This document shows, piece after piece, positions 39,402 to 51,853 of a DNA stretch of 64,000 nucleotides. How positions within the stretch are numbered: position 1 is the first letter of the stretch; each line of letters begins with the position of its first letter. This DNA is from Marsupella aquatica (taxonomy: Eukaryota > Plantae > Marchantiophyta), in contig OZ316898.1 of assembly GCA_973895155.1 (NCBI GenBank), forward strand, positions 20,719,292-20,783,291. The letters are read 5' to 3'. The translations under genes were made by a program, and so were the position numbers. The notes under the pieces were generated by a model, which was not told the origin of the DNA, ran no database searches, and saw nothing but the letters and a program-made list of their open reading frames with translations.

Positions 39402-40274
39402 TACACTGAGTTATCATAGAGCACTCGCAAGCAGGGTGTTCTTTCAAATCAATTCTTGAGGAGCTTGAGTCACCAAAATGGAATGAACATGTTTAATCAA
39501 ATATTTTCTGGTACTGTTCACCTTTTTGGTGTTAAGATGCTTAATGTCTATTCCTGCCATAAACTTCTAATGATTTAAATAAAGCATGAATATGTATAAA
39601 TTATATTTCAATCAAAGCTTAAGCTCTCCAAAGTGATTTTTTTCTTTGGTTTTGACAAGGTTCACCCAACAAAGAGATTGCCACATATTAGGCTCCTCTA
39701 CTTGTATTGTGTTAAAAAGAGTTGCAGCTGAAGGCCCTCTCAAGCCTCTTCCTCTACTGCTACAACATTCGAGGACTGTAAGCAAGACACACAACACCTT
39801 TACCTTTATCTACCACGAGCATTACATTCAAGCTGGTCTTGCTTACCGTCCTTCATGAGGTAGAGGTAGAGGAAGAGGCTCAAGACTGCCTTCAGCTGCA
39901 ACTTTGTTTAACACAATACAAGTAGAGGAGCTTAATATGTGGCAAGCACTTTGTTAGGTAAGTCATGTCAAATACAAACAAAAAAGAAAAGAAAATATAT
40001 TGAAGAGCTTAAGCTTTGGCTGAAATACAGTTTATAAATATTCAAGCTATGTATGCATATATTAAAAGTTGATGATAGGAAATTTAACACCAAAAAGGTG
40101 AATACAAAGAAAATATTTATCTCAATAAAAAGGTTAAAACTGTCCATTTTATTTTGATAGTGCTATTATTGAGAGCTTCAGTTTCTAAATTATTGCTACA
40201 TTCTACTTATGAGTGTTATCCTACTAACAACAGAGAATGATCCTCTTAAGAGTGCTCTATGATAACTGAGTGTA
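39402..40274. mobile_element. Foldback element / long inverted repeat (~370-bp arms) with TA-CACT...AGTG-TA ends
   Basis: Paired blocks: tacactgagttatcatagagcactc / gagtgctctatgataactgagtgta; ttcacctttttggtgttaa / ttaacaccaaaaaggtgaa; ctcctctacttgtattgtgttaaa / tttaacacaatacaagtagaggag; ttgcagctgaaggc / gccttcagctgcaa. Confidence 0.8.
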
Positions 40275-40520
40275 GATGTTGAGGAGACAGAAACCAAGTA
40301 GACAACAATAGCGTAGAACTCACCAGAGTAGCAAGACTAAACTCCAGGACAAAGGTAGCTTGCCCACTACAATGTGAAAGAATCTTTCCCCTCCAATTGT
40401 TACAGCAGTGGCCTATGGTTTAATGACCTCTTCATTACTACAGTCTATTGTGTCTAAATGCAGGCTTCCGAGAAGACACCTCAAGCATCCACCTAACCAC
40501 ATTATGCATTATGTAATACG

Positions 40521-40864
40521 TGTTAGGCATTTACTCTTATAGTAGGGTTAGAGTTATGACTGCAACCGTACTTAGGCTAACCTTAATTGCAAACTTGGTT
40601 TGGTTAGTTGTGTGTTGCACACTATATGCTCAAGCAGTGTTTGCTTGGATAGGAGGAACTCAATATCATTTTTACGGAGCCAGTTGAGAGATAGGGAGAA
40701 CTTGTATTGCGGAAACCCGGTATGGCTGACGGGCCTAGAGTGCAATAAAGTTCTTGTGGACATAGCCTTAGCTAAGGTGATTGAACCACATATATCTCTG
40801 TGTTGACTATTTGTTCGTTGGCTAGTTATGGGCTTGTCATTGTGAATGCCGTCTTTGCTCAACA
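40521..40864 (+). mobile_element. Solo LTR, same family and length (344 bp) as 9243-9586
   Basis: TGTTAG...TCAACA termini; clear similarity to 9243-9586; TSD degraded (atacg/atagt). Confidence 0.75.
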
Positions 40865-41325
40865 ATAGTGCACTCAATATCATTTAATATGCACTTCTCC
40901 ATATGTGCATGCTCCACTAATCAGTAAGTACATGTGAAATCATTTAATCAAGTGCCATACACATTAGCTCCTCATACTGCACAATTCTACTGCGTAAGTG
41001 CATGAAACTATTCTAAGTAGGTGTGTGCTTCACTTATCAAAAAATGCTTCTAAGGTATGCATTGCACTATGTGCTTTCTTATAGATGATATGCACTCATG
41101 TACTTGTCTTTCAATGATGTAGACTTGCACTACTCTCAAGACTCTGAATGTTTTGGTGAATTCATAAAGGAAAGTGCTGTCCTGTTAGGGGACTACAATA
41201 TTTGGGGACTACACTACCGGCCTGCAGTTACCCATGGAATGCACTACACATGGTGCACTTATTCATGACATACTGCATATGTCGTTGACCCAATCCTAGG
41301 CTCCACCTAGGCTACATCCTTGACC

Positions 41326-41711
41326 TACACTACTCATCGTAATTAGTGTTAGGCAAGAATTAATGTTACTACAAAATTAGTGTTATTAAAACTAACCTTG
41401 GTAAACTGATTTTGAGTCCAAGTAACAATAAGTTTGCTGGTTTTTCAAAATATTTTTATCTACTTTTGTTTGGATTGCTAGTTAAAAAAGGGGCGCTCTT
41501 GAGTCAAAAGTAACACTAATTTTTGTGGATTTTTCAAAATAGTTATTTTCCCTCTATTTTTCCACTCTTGAGACCACAGTAACACTATTTCATGTGCGCA
41601 GAAATAGTGCTATAAAAAAACTAGTGCGACTAATATTAATTCACAAGTAGACCCTGCAAAATTGGCGCTCTCAAATCAGTGTTAGTCAAATTAATTATGG
41701 TGAACAGTGTA
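41326..41711. mobile_element. Degenerate MITE with TACACT...AGTGTA ends
   Basis: tacactactcatcgtaattagt versus reverse complement tacactgttcaccataattaat; internal tagtgtta/taacacta repeats. Confidence 0.45.
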
Positions 41712-44700
41712 GGTCTCGGAGTGTTTGTTTAGGCCACCCGGATGCGGGGGTGGGGGGGAGGGGGTGTTGGGGCATCTTGCATTGTCTTTTTGAGCCCATC
41801 AGGTTTGTACTCTTTTCCCCACTTGTTTTAGCTGGAGGTATCAAACTGATGCACCATTACCTTTCACTGATTTTATCTAATACATTTCGTTAAGCATGAG
41901 CCAGCTTTCCTATCAATGTTGTACGAGACACCTGCAGGCCCCCGCTCTTCGCAGAAGTTTTGACATGCATAATGAATACCATAATTCACAAAGTAATGGC
42001 CCCTTTCCTTCCTCCTGTAGAGTGTGGACCATTTCACGAGGTAAAGGGGGTAGAAAATACTACTACTGTAGCTGCGGAGTTTTGCCCTCGTGCAACAACG
42101 AACAAGAGTACGTTGTACATTAGTCATTACGACAGGAGCATAGATACGATAGGTACGCACCCTCTGCCCATGACAGTACAGATTTTATATGCATCGAGTG
42201 CCTTCATGATTCAAAGAACAACAACCATATATGATAAGACTCACACTAGTGGCAAGAAAGAGGGCTTCGCACTCATGTATAAACTGGTATAGTAACCACA
42301 TAGCGCTAGCGAGATATGGTGAATCATGTCAGCACTAACGACGCTCTCGGCGCTCTCGGCGGAAGCTTAGATTTGCACATTTTTGTGCTTATCAACGAAA
42401 GCAAGTTGGTCTGCGATCCATCTTACAGTCGCGGATCCCTGATTGTAGTGAACTATCATATTTCATGTGGTAGAGCACTTTCTAGGCATTGTATTGATTT
42501 TCTTGGAAAAGGTCTTGCAACGAAACTTTACAGTTTCTAGCCAATAACGTGAATGTTCAGAACAAACAAAGAAGGAAAAGCCCACAACCGATGTAACTTA
42601 TCGAGTGAATTTATGTTTCCTTTGTAATGAACTTTTACTGACCAATAAACTTCAATATTATAAATGAGCGGGGATCCACATACAGGCGAACGGCGTAACA
42701 GCCAGTAAGCATCAGCTAACTGTCATCATTATAGTCAATTATTGTCCCCAAACTGGCAAACTCCCATTATGCATGCGTATCTGGGCCAGTTGTTTCTGAT
42801 CCCAAGGTGAAACATTGACGGTAACTCTGATTGGTGAGCATTCTTCTGTGTCCGTTTGTGCCTTTGCCTTTGAGTTTGATCGCATAGCATTTTGTTGCAC
42901 TGTTGCTCCTTTTCTGGTCGGAGTTAACCCAAACCTTTGCCATCTACTGTAGTGCTTTTAGAGAAAAAGTAGAAATGGGTTGCTGGCGAGGATGCCAAGA
43001 AAAGTTTAGATCAACGTGCCTGCAGAATATGTCGTATCGCTTTTGGAAGACCCTCAAAAGAAAATGAAGGAATCATCAAATATCACTTCTTCCATTTATG
43101 ATGATTGAAAAATAACGTAGATAATTTTCGAGGACCATTGAAATAACAATTTGCTCGGGTGGGTTCCCTCTTGGATGAAAACTCAAAACCTCCTGCTCAG
43201 GTAGCTGACCGCTGCAGAACCAACACAAGACTGGGGTTCCAACAGGGAAAGAAAATCAATTTCAAGAGATGACTGTTGGAGGTGACACGCCAACTACTCT
43301 AATCTAAGATGACCAGCTGGACCAAAGGCGTGAGAACTCCGAGAAATACTTTGTAAACCTCCCCTCATGAATCTGCACCTGGATTTTTTCAAATCACTAT
43401 TTTCCTAAGCTGTGCGTATATACATAGCTGGACTTTTAGGCTGGGACAGATATTTATTTTGATTGCAACCTTTTGCTTTGTTATACATTTTAAAAATCAT
43501 GAACTACTTCCATATCCTTGACTATTCTTGGACAAAAGGGTGTCTTCGTCCTCTGAACACTACTCTAAAAAAGTGTGTTAGCCAAGATCAACCTAGGCAG
43601 CTAAAACAAAAGAAAGTCTCGCAAAATTGGACTGTAGGTTCGCTACGAGATCTCCATCGACCTCATGAGTCTGAATATATTTATATTGAGATCTGGATAA
43701 GAAGTGGAAATTAAAATCTCAGCCCTCGTTCTAATCATTCAAATTGTAGAAGAAAGGAACTATATAGGACATGGATGAGCGTGTCCAGGAAAGACATTTC
43801 TGCATCATCAGAACCATCTATGGTTCCATGAGTTAGGAAACCAGCCTCATCGAATAGCTCGGACAGCTTCTTCATCAAATTTCTCTAACGGGGCCGAGAC
43901 AAACGGGATGGCACGACCTTGACCCTGTTGAACATATTCTTCTTCTTACGAACTGACATGCTGTCCTCGTCTTTCTTCCACAACTAACTCAGTTACCGAT
44001 GTCAGTGTCAGGACAGGCCTAGCAAGGCAGCTTGATGAAAGTGAAAGTTACGTCCCATTAAAACGCCATATCCTCGTCTTTCATTCACAATCGGTTCTCC
44101 ATCATAGGCAGCTCCACGGAAGGTACGGAATTCATCACGGGCTAAGAAGGCAAACGCTTATTGAGATCATTCAGCTAAGAAACTTTGCTCTCCCTTAAAC
44201 CTTACTGATGACCACTTCCCTTGACTGGACGAGGCTTGCCTTAAGTCTATTTCCATGCTTGCATCATTCCCCAACAATACCTAAATCGTCCACTGGGCTC
44301 ACTGTCATTGCCGCAATAATTCATACTAGTCATACTAACCATAATTAACAGGAATGCCACATCCCTTACTACTTACGACCTTAGTAAATTAGCGGATTCA
44401 GCCCAACTACAATACTTCATGCCGTTATGGCGGGCATCCATTTAATTGCATGGATGAACCCACCGTGTTGTCATTCACATCATACAGTTTACAGTAACAC
44501 TCCATTTGCATTCACAACCCAACACAGCGTGAGAAGAGAGCCGCTGTGGGCGCTATAAACTACGAATCACAACGATCTTATGGCAGTCTCCCATCTAAAC
44601 TTAGCCAAAGAGCTGAAATCAGACCATGGTCAAGCACTGTACAATTTCACAAGTGCTTCATGAGTTCAAGACGCTGCTCACTACAATTCAAGACAAGAAA

Positions 44701-44828
44701 TCGTGAATCATGTTGCATGAAGTGTACTGTGAAGTTATCATCTAGCACGCTTAGTCTAAATGGCCATAATTACACTGAGGACATCTGCTATGAGAGAACA
44801 TCCCACTCGCCTACAAGAATGGCTTTCC

Positions 44829-46136
44829 TTACCCGAAGAGGATTCTCAGTCTTTCAGAGTCGACATGCATCCTTGGAGTAATAGGCTTGGTGAAATCGAC
44901 AATATTGGGGCACTTCTCAGTCACTTTGGCCAAAGCCTTCGGAGATAGTGCCGTGCAGCAGGCCAGGTTCAAACTTTCTAGTTGACCACAGCCACGGGCC
45001 AAATGAGCCAGTCCTCGATCTGACAAGCTAGTTCTCTTCATCTCAAGATGCTTAAGCTTCACCATATGCTTGGACACCACAATGGCTTCCTCATCCCCCC
45101 CGGGAATTGGACCCGTAATAGGATCATTCTGTTTCTGAAGCATGTTGCGTCCTAGCCACACCAACGATTTGCAATGCCGACCCACGGCCTCCAAAGCCTG
45201 GTTCGAAATGTTATAGCAGTCGCTCAAGTCCAACTCCTGAAGGTTGGTACATTTGGCTGCCAGTTTCGTGATCGATTCATCAGTGGTATAGAGGCTGTTG
45301 GGGATGGCGAGTACTGTCAGCAAAGGACACCTGCAGAAAACATCATATGCCCAGGTAAAAAAGAAGCATGTCAAATGAAGGACAACCCTTCCATCCTATT
45401 CAATAATTGGAAAGAGACCTGCAAGCTCAAACGAAGATTGATACTCAAGATAAAGATGATTTGCCAATACGGATAAAACCTTGGACCAAAGTCCACACAC
45501 GCACAAAATTGCAATCTCAAAAGTTGCATTGCATAACCGTTGATTGAATTCCTTAAGATTTGCTTGCCATCGAAACTACGACCTGACCCTAATTCATGCA
45601 ACATTTGATTCGCTTTTGCGATCCACGTCTGAGTCATTCTTGTCGAGAAACACCTGCTGCTTGCAATGGCAATTATTTTCATAGAGGCACCTAATCTCTG
45701 GAGCAAAACAAAAAATTCACAAAACAAAAAAGAGACGAAATCTACTTCTAATCACATCAGATGCTTTTCTGACCACATACCTGTCAGCTATGTAGTGGAC
45801 TGCAGCATCCGAGCAATTCCTCGTCCGCAGCTCTCTGAGCTGACCACAGCTCTTATCCACTGCCTTCATGATAAGCTTCTCCACAGTAGATTCACTCTCA
45901 AACTCCCAAAGGTAATCCTTCTCTGCTCTCTTTTGAAACCAATCTAGAATATCCAGGTACCTCCAGCAAGCAGGGTACGACGAGGCGTTCCTCCACCCTT
46001 TGCAAACCAACGGCAATGTCCTCATTAGGTCCTCAAATGGTAGACGGCAGAATACCTCTGCAAGAGCGTCAGGGTTGAGATTTGCCCACGATGACCCTTC
46101 GTTGGCAGCAACACCTGAGGACGAGGAGGAGTCCAT
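44829..46136 (-). CDS. F-box/LRR protein (FBW2/SKIP1-like); exons 45781-46136 and 44829-45330
   Basis: F-box WANLNPDALAEVFCRLPFEDL..LPLVCKGW; RI-like LRRs (CTNLQELDLSDC, CGQLESLNLACC); AG|GTATGT donor and CAG| acceptor keep frame. Confidence 0.88.
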
Positions 46137-49100
46137 GTCTAACTGAATGCTCTCCAGTTTGAAAGAGATTTGCTTTCAATTCTCCATATCCCTCTTAGAA
46201 ACTATGCAAAAACTCATCGTGCTGAGTTGCTGGTTGGCAAGTTTTGTAGGGCTGACGACTCATCCATGGACTTCTCTCTCTTTGTCTGCTCTACCGGTAT
46301 TTGCCTTCACCATGACAGGCGTCTTTGAAACAGGATTTGACCGCCCTCTTAGAGGAGATTGTCAATCAATCAAACTTGCATTTTTTCCTGTGTAACTACA
46401 GATGTCATTCGACGAGTCTGTGGGTGACTCTCTGGCTTCATTCCGGCATTTCGCGCCGGCAACGGTCCTTAAAAACGCTCTCAGTACCACTCAGGCCACC
46501 GAGACCGATTGCCACCTCAATAACTCACGATTGTCTCTAATAACCTATCAATTGACTTGCGGAATACTTCCATAGATTTAGCTGAAGGGGCGCCTTAAAG
46601 TGGTTGCACCGAACGACTTGCAGAGTAGGCAGCTGGTCTCTTAATCTGCCCCTGACCTGAAGAGCAATCTTCTCTATCGGATCTACACTTGGGCCTCGTC
46701 TTCCTCGACTACGGCGGATGATAACGTGCAGGATATCGGAAATTGTTGGGTGATCTTGCGTGCACCGGAGTACTTGTGGCTTCGATCTCGTCGCCTCTGC
46801 CATCTTCTAAGAACTCCTAGAGAATGTGGTCAAAGTCATCAAGGACTTCAGGTCTCGTCACCTCTGCCATCTTCTAAACTCCTAAAGAACGTGGTCAATA
46901 ATGTCGCCAAGGACTTCGGTTCAGGAATGCCGTAAGTCAGGAGCGAAAAGTCTCTAGACCATGGGTCTGTGGTTCGAACCAGCATATTTTTAAGGTTTTT
47001 TGTTTTTAGCCCATGTGGCGCATGTCAGCCGCTCTAAGGACTAAGGGAGTAGATGCAGGAGATGCTATTCTTTATTGTTTCCTGGATTATATCCTGATAG
47101 TAGAGTCAGATATCCCTACATTTTAATGACTATCATTAGATTCTGGCAAATGGGGTCCATGATTTGGTGGGTAATGACCAGGGTATTTTTAAAGGATATT
47201 CAAAAGATTCTTTATTCAGTTATTTTCCTGACTGTCAGATCTTCCTTGATTTAAGGTTGACCGTAGATTCTGGCTAATGGGGCCTGGGATTAGATGGAAC
47301 AGTACTGTAGCTAATGAGACAGCAAAATAGTAGCAAATTTTGGCAAAAGATATTTGGGGAGGTGGAATCTAGCAAATTTTAGTTCACTAAAAAAACATTG
47401 GTAATGGCATACAAAGAATCTATCCAATTTTAGCCAAAAGTGGCGTGAAATTTGGCAAAAATTTTCCCTCAATGTGCCTTTGACCATCCTCAGGAAAAGA
47501 GGGGCAAGGCCTATGCACTGGGATAGGCTGGCATTGGACAAAGGCCATGTGTAGGATGGGTGACTGGACCACCCAACCAACCCCTCAGTCAGCTGACCCA
47601 AGGGTGGTCAAGCTAGGTCACCTTAGGGGGACCCGGACCATTTGGTTACAACACTGGATGTGATAATAGCCATTGGACGTGAAAAAGCTAACCTTAGTAA
47701 GTTTTCTTAACTCACAAACAAGAACAATGGCTATGAGATAAAGTGAACAACTTCAGTGGAATTGATGTATTATGGTATCTCATACCTCCCAAGTTACAGG
47801 AAAGCACATTTGGCCTTAATTCCAGTTAGTAACACCTGAAACTGGTTTGGACCAAATAGGGAGACCTGGGTTTGATCTGTCTCATGAGGCACCTGTTGCA
47901 GGAATTGGCCCACTCAAACCTGTACTTGGTTTGCAACGGCGTGATATGAAAGTGTCCATGATGGCTTGTGAGGAATTGTCGGCATTTGAATTTGTATTCC
48001 CCCTAAAATTTTGTGTCATTTTATGCCAAATAATGGTGGCAACCTAGTGAATCCCAATTTTGAGGACACAGTGCCCTCTTCCCCAAACCCACCTAATCAA
48101 AAATTGGAAATGTTGGGTCTTGAACTTGAACACAATGTCTCTTCAACCTATCCCTGGGCGTTCAAGCTGGACACTAAGATTGAATGTAGTTCACTTCAAT
48201 TCAACTCAGTCCCTTTACGCCATTCAGTTTCACTCAACTCAATGCAAATGTCACTTGAATACAATGTCCATTTGTACAAATGGATGTCAAAACTCAAATA
48301 GAGCACCATGGAACTCTGTTTAGGGGAAGACAGGAGCCACAAGTAAAAACCTGCTAGTAAGTACATTTAAGTGCATTAGAGAATCTACTTGTAGTGGTAG
48401 TCAATTTAAGAGTAAAGACAATCCAGATTAGAGCATGAAAAAATGCATAGATGGACCACTCCATGAATGTTGCAACCCAGATGGACCAGACCACTTTTGA
48501 CCCAAAAATATCAATTGTTTTACAAAAGAAAATTACTACCTGAGTGTAAAAGCTTTGATTGCAGTTTATCTGGGTTATGGAAGTACTACTGGCCATCTCG
48601 TCAAACATCTAAAGTAGGTCCATCTATTGGCGCTTTAGTTTAATTCCCTGAGCCTTCCTGATGCCCCAGCCCCAGACATTTTTCACTTGAATTTTGTTCC
48701 AAATAAGAATAATAGCACTTTGTGTATTAGACTTGGGTTTGTTGAAGTGAACTCTAGTGTTTGGTCAACCTCACTTAAGCTAATCACCATTAGGGTCTTA
48801 ATGATGATTAGGCAAGACTAGAGTGCCTAGCATATAGAGGGGCAAGGGTGAGCTCCTTGGTGAAGCTCGTGCTCATTTTGTGGGGGCAAGACCCAATGGA
48901 CCACATGTCCCAAAATTTAAGTTTAATTGCAATAACTTGATATAGATAAAATTTGCTATCGTTTTTGGTTTTGGGTATATCCTAGAGGAGTAGATAACCT
49001 GCACTTCCATCAAAGTGACAATGAATTTTTGGTTATTTTGGCTGAGTTTTTCAACATAAAATGCGAAGGGGTAAATTCCATTAGATTAATTTTCATCATG

Positions 49101-50079
49101 TTAATATGATATATTTGGGCTTGTGATTCTTTTCTTCTCCCCCTTCTCTAGTTGCCTTGCAGATGCAACTAAAAACTATTTTAGGATTGATAATCATCAA
49201 GTGATGAGCCCCAAACTCACATGGACCACCAACGTGGTCCACAGGAGCACTGTGTCCAAAATGGTGGTCCATCATGCTTCAGTTTCTAGAATCTGCGCTG
49301 TAATTTACTATCAAAGTTTACCATCACAACCTACTTGCCATAGGCCATAATTTCTCTAGCAACAGATTTTTTTAATTTAATTGGACCATGCTTGTGAGTG
49401 GGGACTGGCATGAAAAGTCTGGGTAGGTGCGTATGCACTAATTTTCAGGCTAGTGTCAACTATCCTAAAAGAGCTCATCTTCCCGCTCTACTGGCTCCCA
49501 TGGAAACTTGACTGACTCATCACAATGGCGTCATGGAACCCCGCATGGGTGATAACTGCAGCCTCATTTCAGTAACACTATTTAATAGGTGCTATACATA
49601 ATCAGTAACTAATCACCCGGACTATTCAACCTCGTTGTACAGGATGACCAAGGTGTGGGTGGGTGTTACTAGGTTGTAATCCCCACCGACCATCTGTTTT
49701 AGTGCTTAATTTTTTTCAGAAAAGATTATCTGGCTACTTAATACCCTTTGTGATTTTTCTCTTTGTAATTTTTCAGGGTGTTCTTAGAGAAGAATGCACA
49801 GTTAAAAGATTTAGATAAACTTGTCATCACTATTCTCCTCTATCTTTACAGAAGTTAGTAAAAATAAAAATCAGGCCAACAAACCTGCACTGTCCACCAG
49901 GTTCAGGTGTACCAAATAGTGCACTTTTTTTTATTTCTTTAAGAAAATTATTGTCTAATTTTAGTAACTTGTCTGCACCAGGTTTTATTTTGAGACATTG
50001 GTAGTTTAAATATATTAAGGTCCTGTTAGCAGAGCATTATCGGAAACCAGCACAATGGCTATGCATTGCACAAAAGGTT

Positions 50080-50255
50080 TTTTTCCCAACAGATATTATT
50101 GTTATGTAAAAGTACTGTTACCGGAAAGGTATTTTTGTGTGAAAGATGTGGTTATCTAAAAGATATCATTTGCATAAAAGGTATCATTGTATGAAAGATG
50201 TTGTGTAAAAGACATAATTATATAATAGATAACCTTGTGTAAAAGATGTTGGCAT
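50080..50255. repeat. Degenerate AT-rich ~18-20-bp tandem array (tgtgtaaaagatgtt-like)
   Basis: Repeated gtNNaaagatNt units; similar tract at about 35460-35550. Confidence 0.45.
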
Positions 50256-51853
50256 ATATAGTGGTCCCCTTATTCTCTCCCCTTCTATGTTTTGCCCAGG
50301 CTTATTTCCTTCTTGATTTTATTTCCAGATTTGTCTTCTTGATTTTTGTTGGCACGGTAAACAGTATAGTTTGTAAGATGACCTCTCTAATAAGTGGCAG
50401 GACCTTGTATTATAGTTTGTGATGCTAGGGCTCCCTCAACACTTGAACTCAAACTCTCATTTTCTTAGGTATTGTAGCCACAATGCACTGTAAGCAGGAA
50501 TTTACTATATATATACAAATTCTCCTCCAGAAGATTATGAAAACAACACACCATGGAGTAGAAAGAGTTAACCTAGCAACCTTTGTATGGTGGTCTTGGG
50601 TTACTAGCTTGTAACCCTGTGACCTAAAAATGAGGAAAATTTGACAAGTGACAAACTGGAAGCTTTTCTGAGCTTATTGCAAGGTAGAGTTCAAGCTATA
50701 ACCCCTACCCAGACCTCCTGTACAGTATGTTATTATTGTCTGGAAGATTACTTTAGAGCAGATTATGGGAATGGCAAGTAGCTCCGGAAATGGTTACACA
50801 TCGGTAATCTGCACTCCCTACAGAATGAGGGTGGCTTTACAAGACATTGGTGGCAGTTCCCACTTTTGTTGGGTCTCCAAGATGTAATCAGGGCCATCCA
50901 TTGGGGAGAAACTGTTGTTCACTTTAGAAAATGTTGGGGGCACTTTCAACCTAACCTGTTGCCGATCATACATGGAATGGAGTGGAGCCCAATTTTTGCT
51001 TATACTTAACACATTTCAGTCCCAAATTTTAGACCACCTCTCTTGGAGTTCTCTTCATTTGGCTCCTTGTTCCATTCCTATTTTGAGTCATTTGCATTAA
51101 AAGTGGACCCACATGCCCTCATCACATTTACTCTTTCAGAAACAAGAAAGTTCCTAGCCAATGAATTATTTGATGTTTAGGTGAAGTGGGTCCCCAAAGT
51201 CTTCTAGAAAATAATTCTAGCACGATTGGCTAGAGTTTGCGATACATTGGGGGCCAATTACATGATTCTAAACCCTCCTTTGGCCCCGGTACACTATCTT
51301 TAGGATGTTAAATGGCCACACTTGCTGGTTAAAAAAAATACTGAAACTATCCCCAAGGTCTTGTAAAGCCACCTTGAGTTTCGGTTTACAATCGCGTACC
51401 TTTTTCTTCCCGTTGCGAGAGGACAGCAGAGCCAGCCATTAAATGACAGCTGTGAGAGCATCGTCCATGCACAAGGAGTGACATATTGATTGATCCCGCT
51501 CTGGTAACACACATTGTGCGTAGGATTGCCTCTCTGGTTCGGTTCGACCGTGCAAATGCGGGGATTGCGAGTATTTTCTTCCGATTCGATTCATTCGAAC
51601 ATGTTGTCATATCTTTGTCATTGATCTGAGTGTAGGTTTTCTCTCGCGGTCCGTGGCTTACGAGTCCCGATTGAGCATATGTTGCGATCAGGACAAGGAT
51701 TACAAGGGTGCGGCATTGAATTCCTGTAGCGGGATTGGACTGTTGAGTCTCTTGAAGAAACTAAGGCGGGCTGGGAAACACATTTTGGCCGACGTTTTGT
51801 TCTGTCTTTTCAGAGGAAGAGAAGGAAAAGGTTTGTGATAGACGCGGGAAAAG

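Noticed and set aside
43740-44100. Protein-like minus-strand fragments downstream of the F-box gene (MKKLSELFDEAGFL...)
   Set aside because: Short, frame-broken and unidentifiable; cannot be supported without a database search
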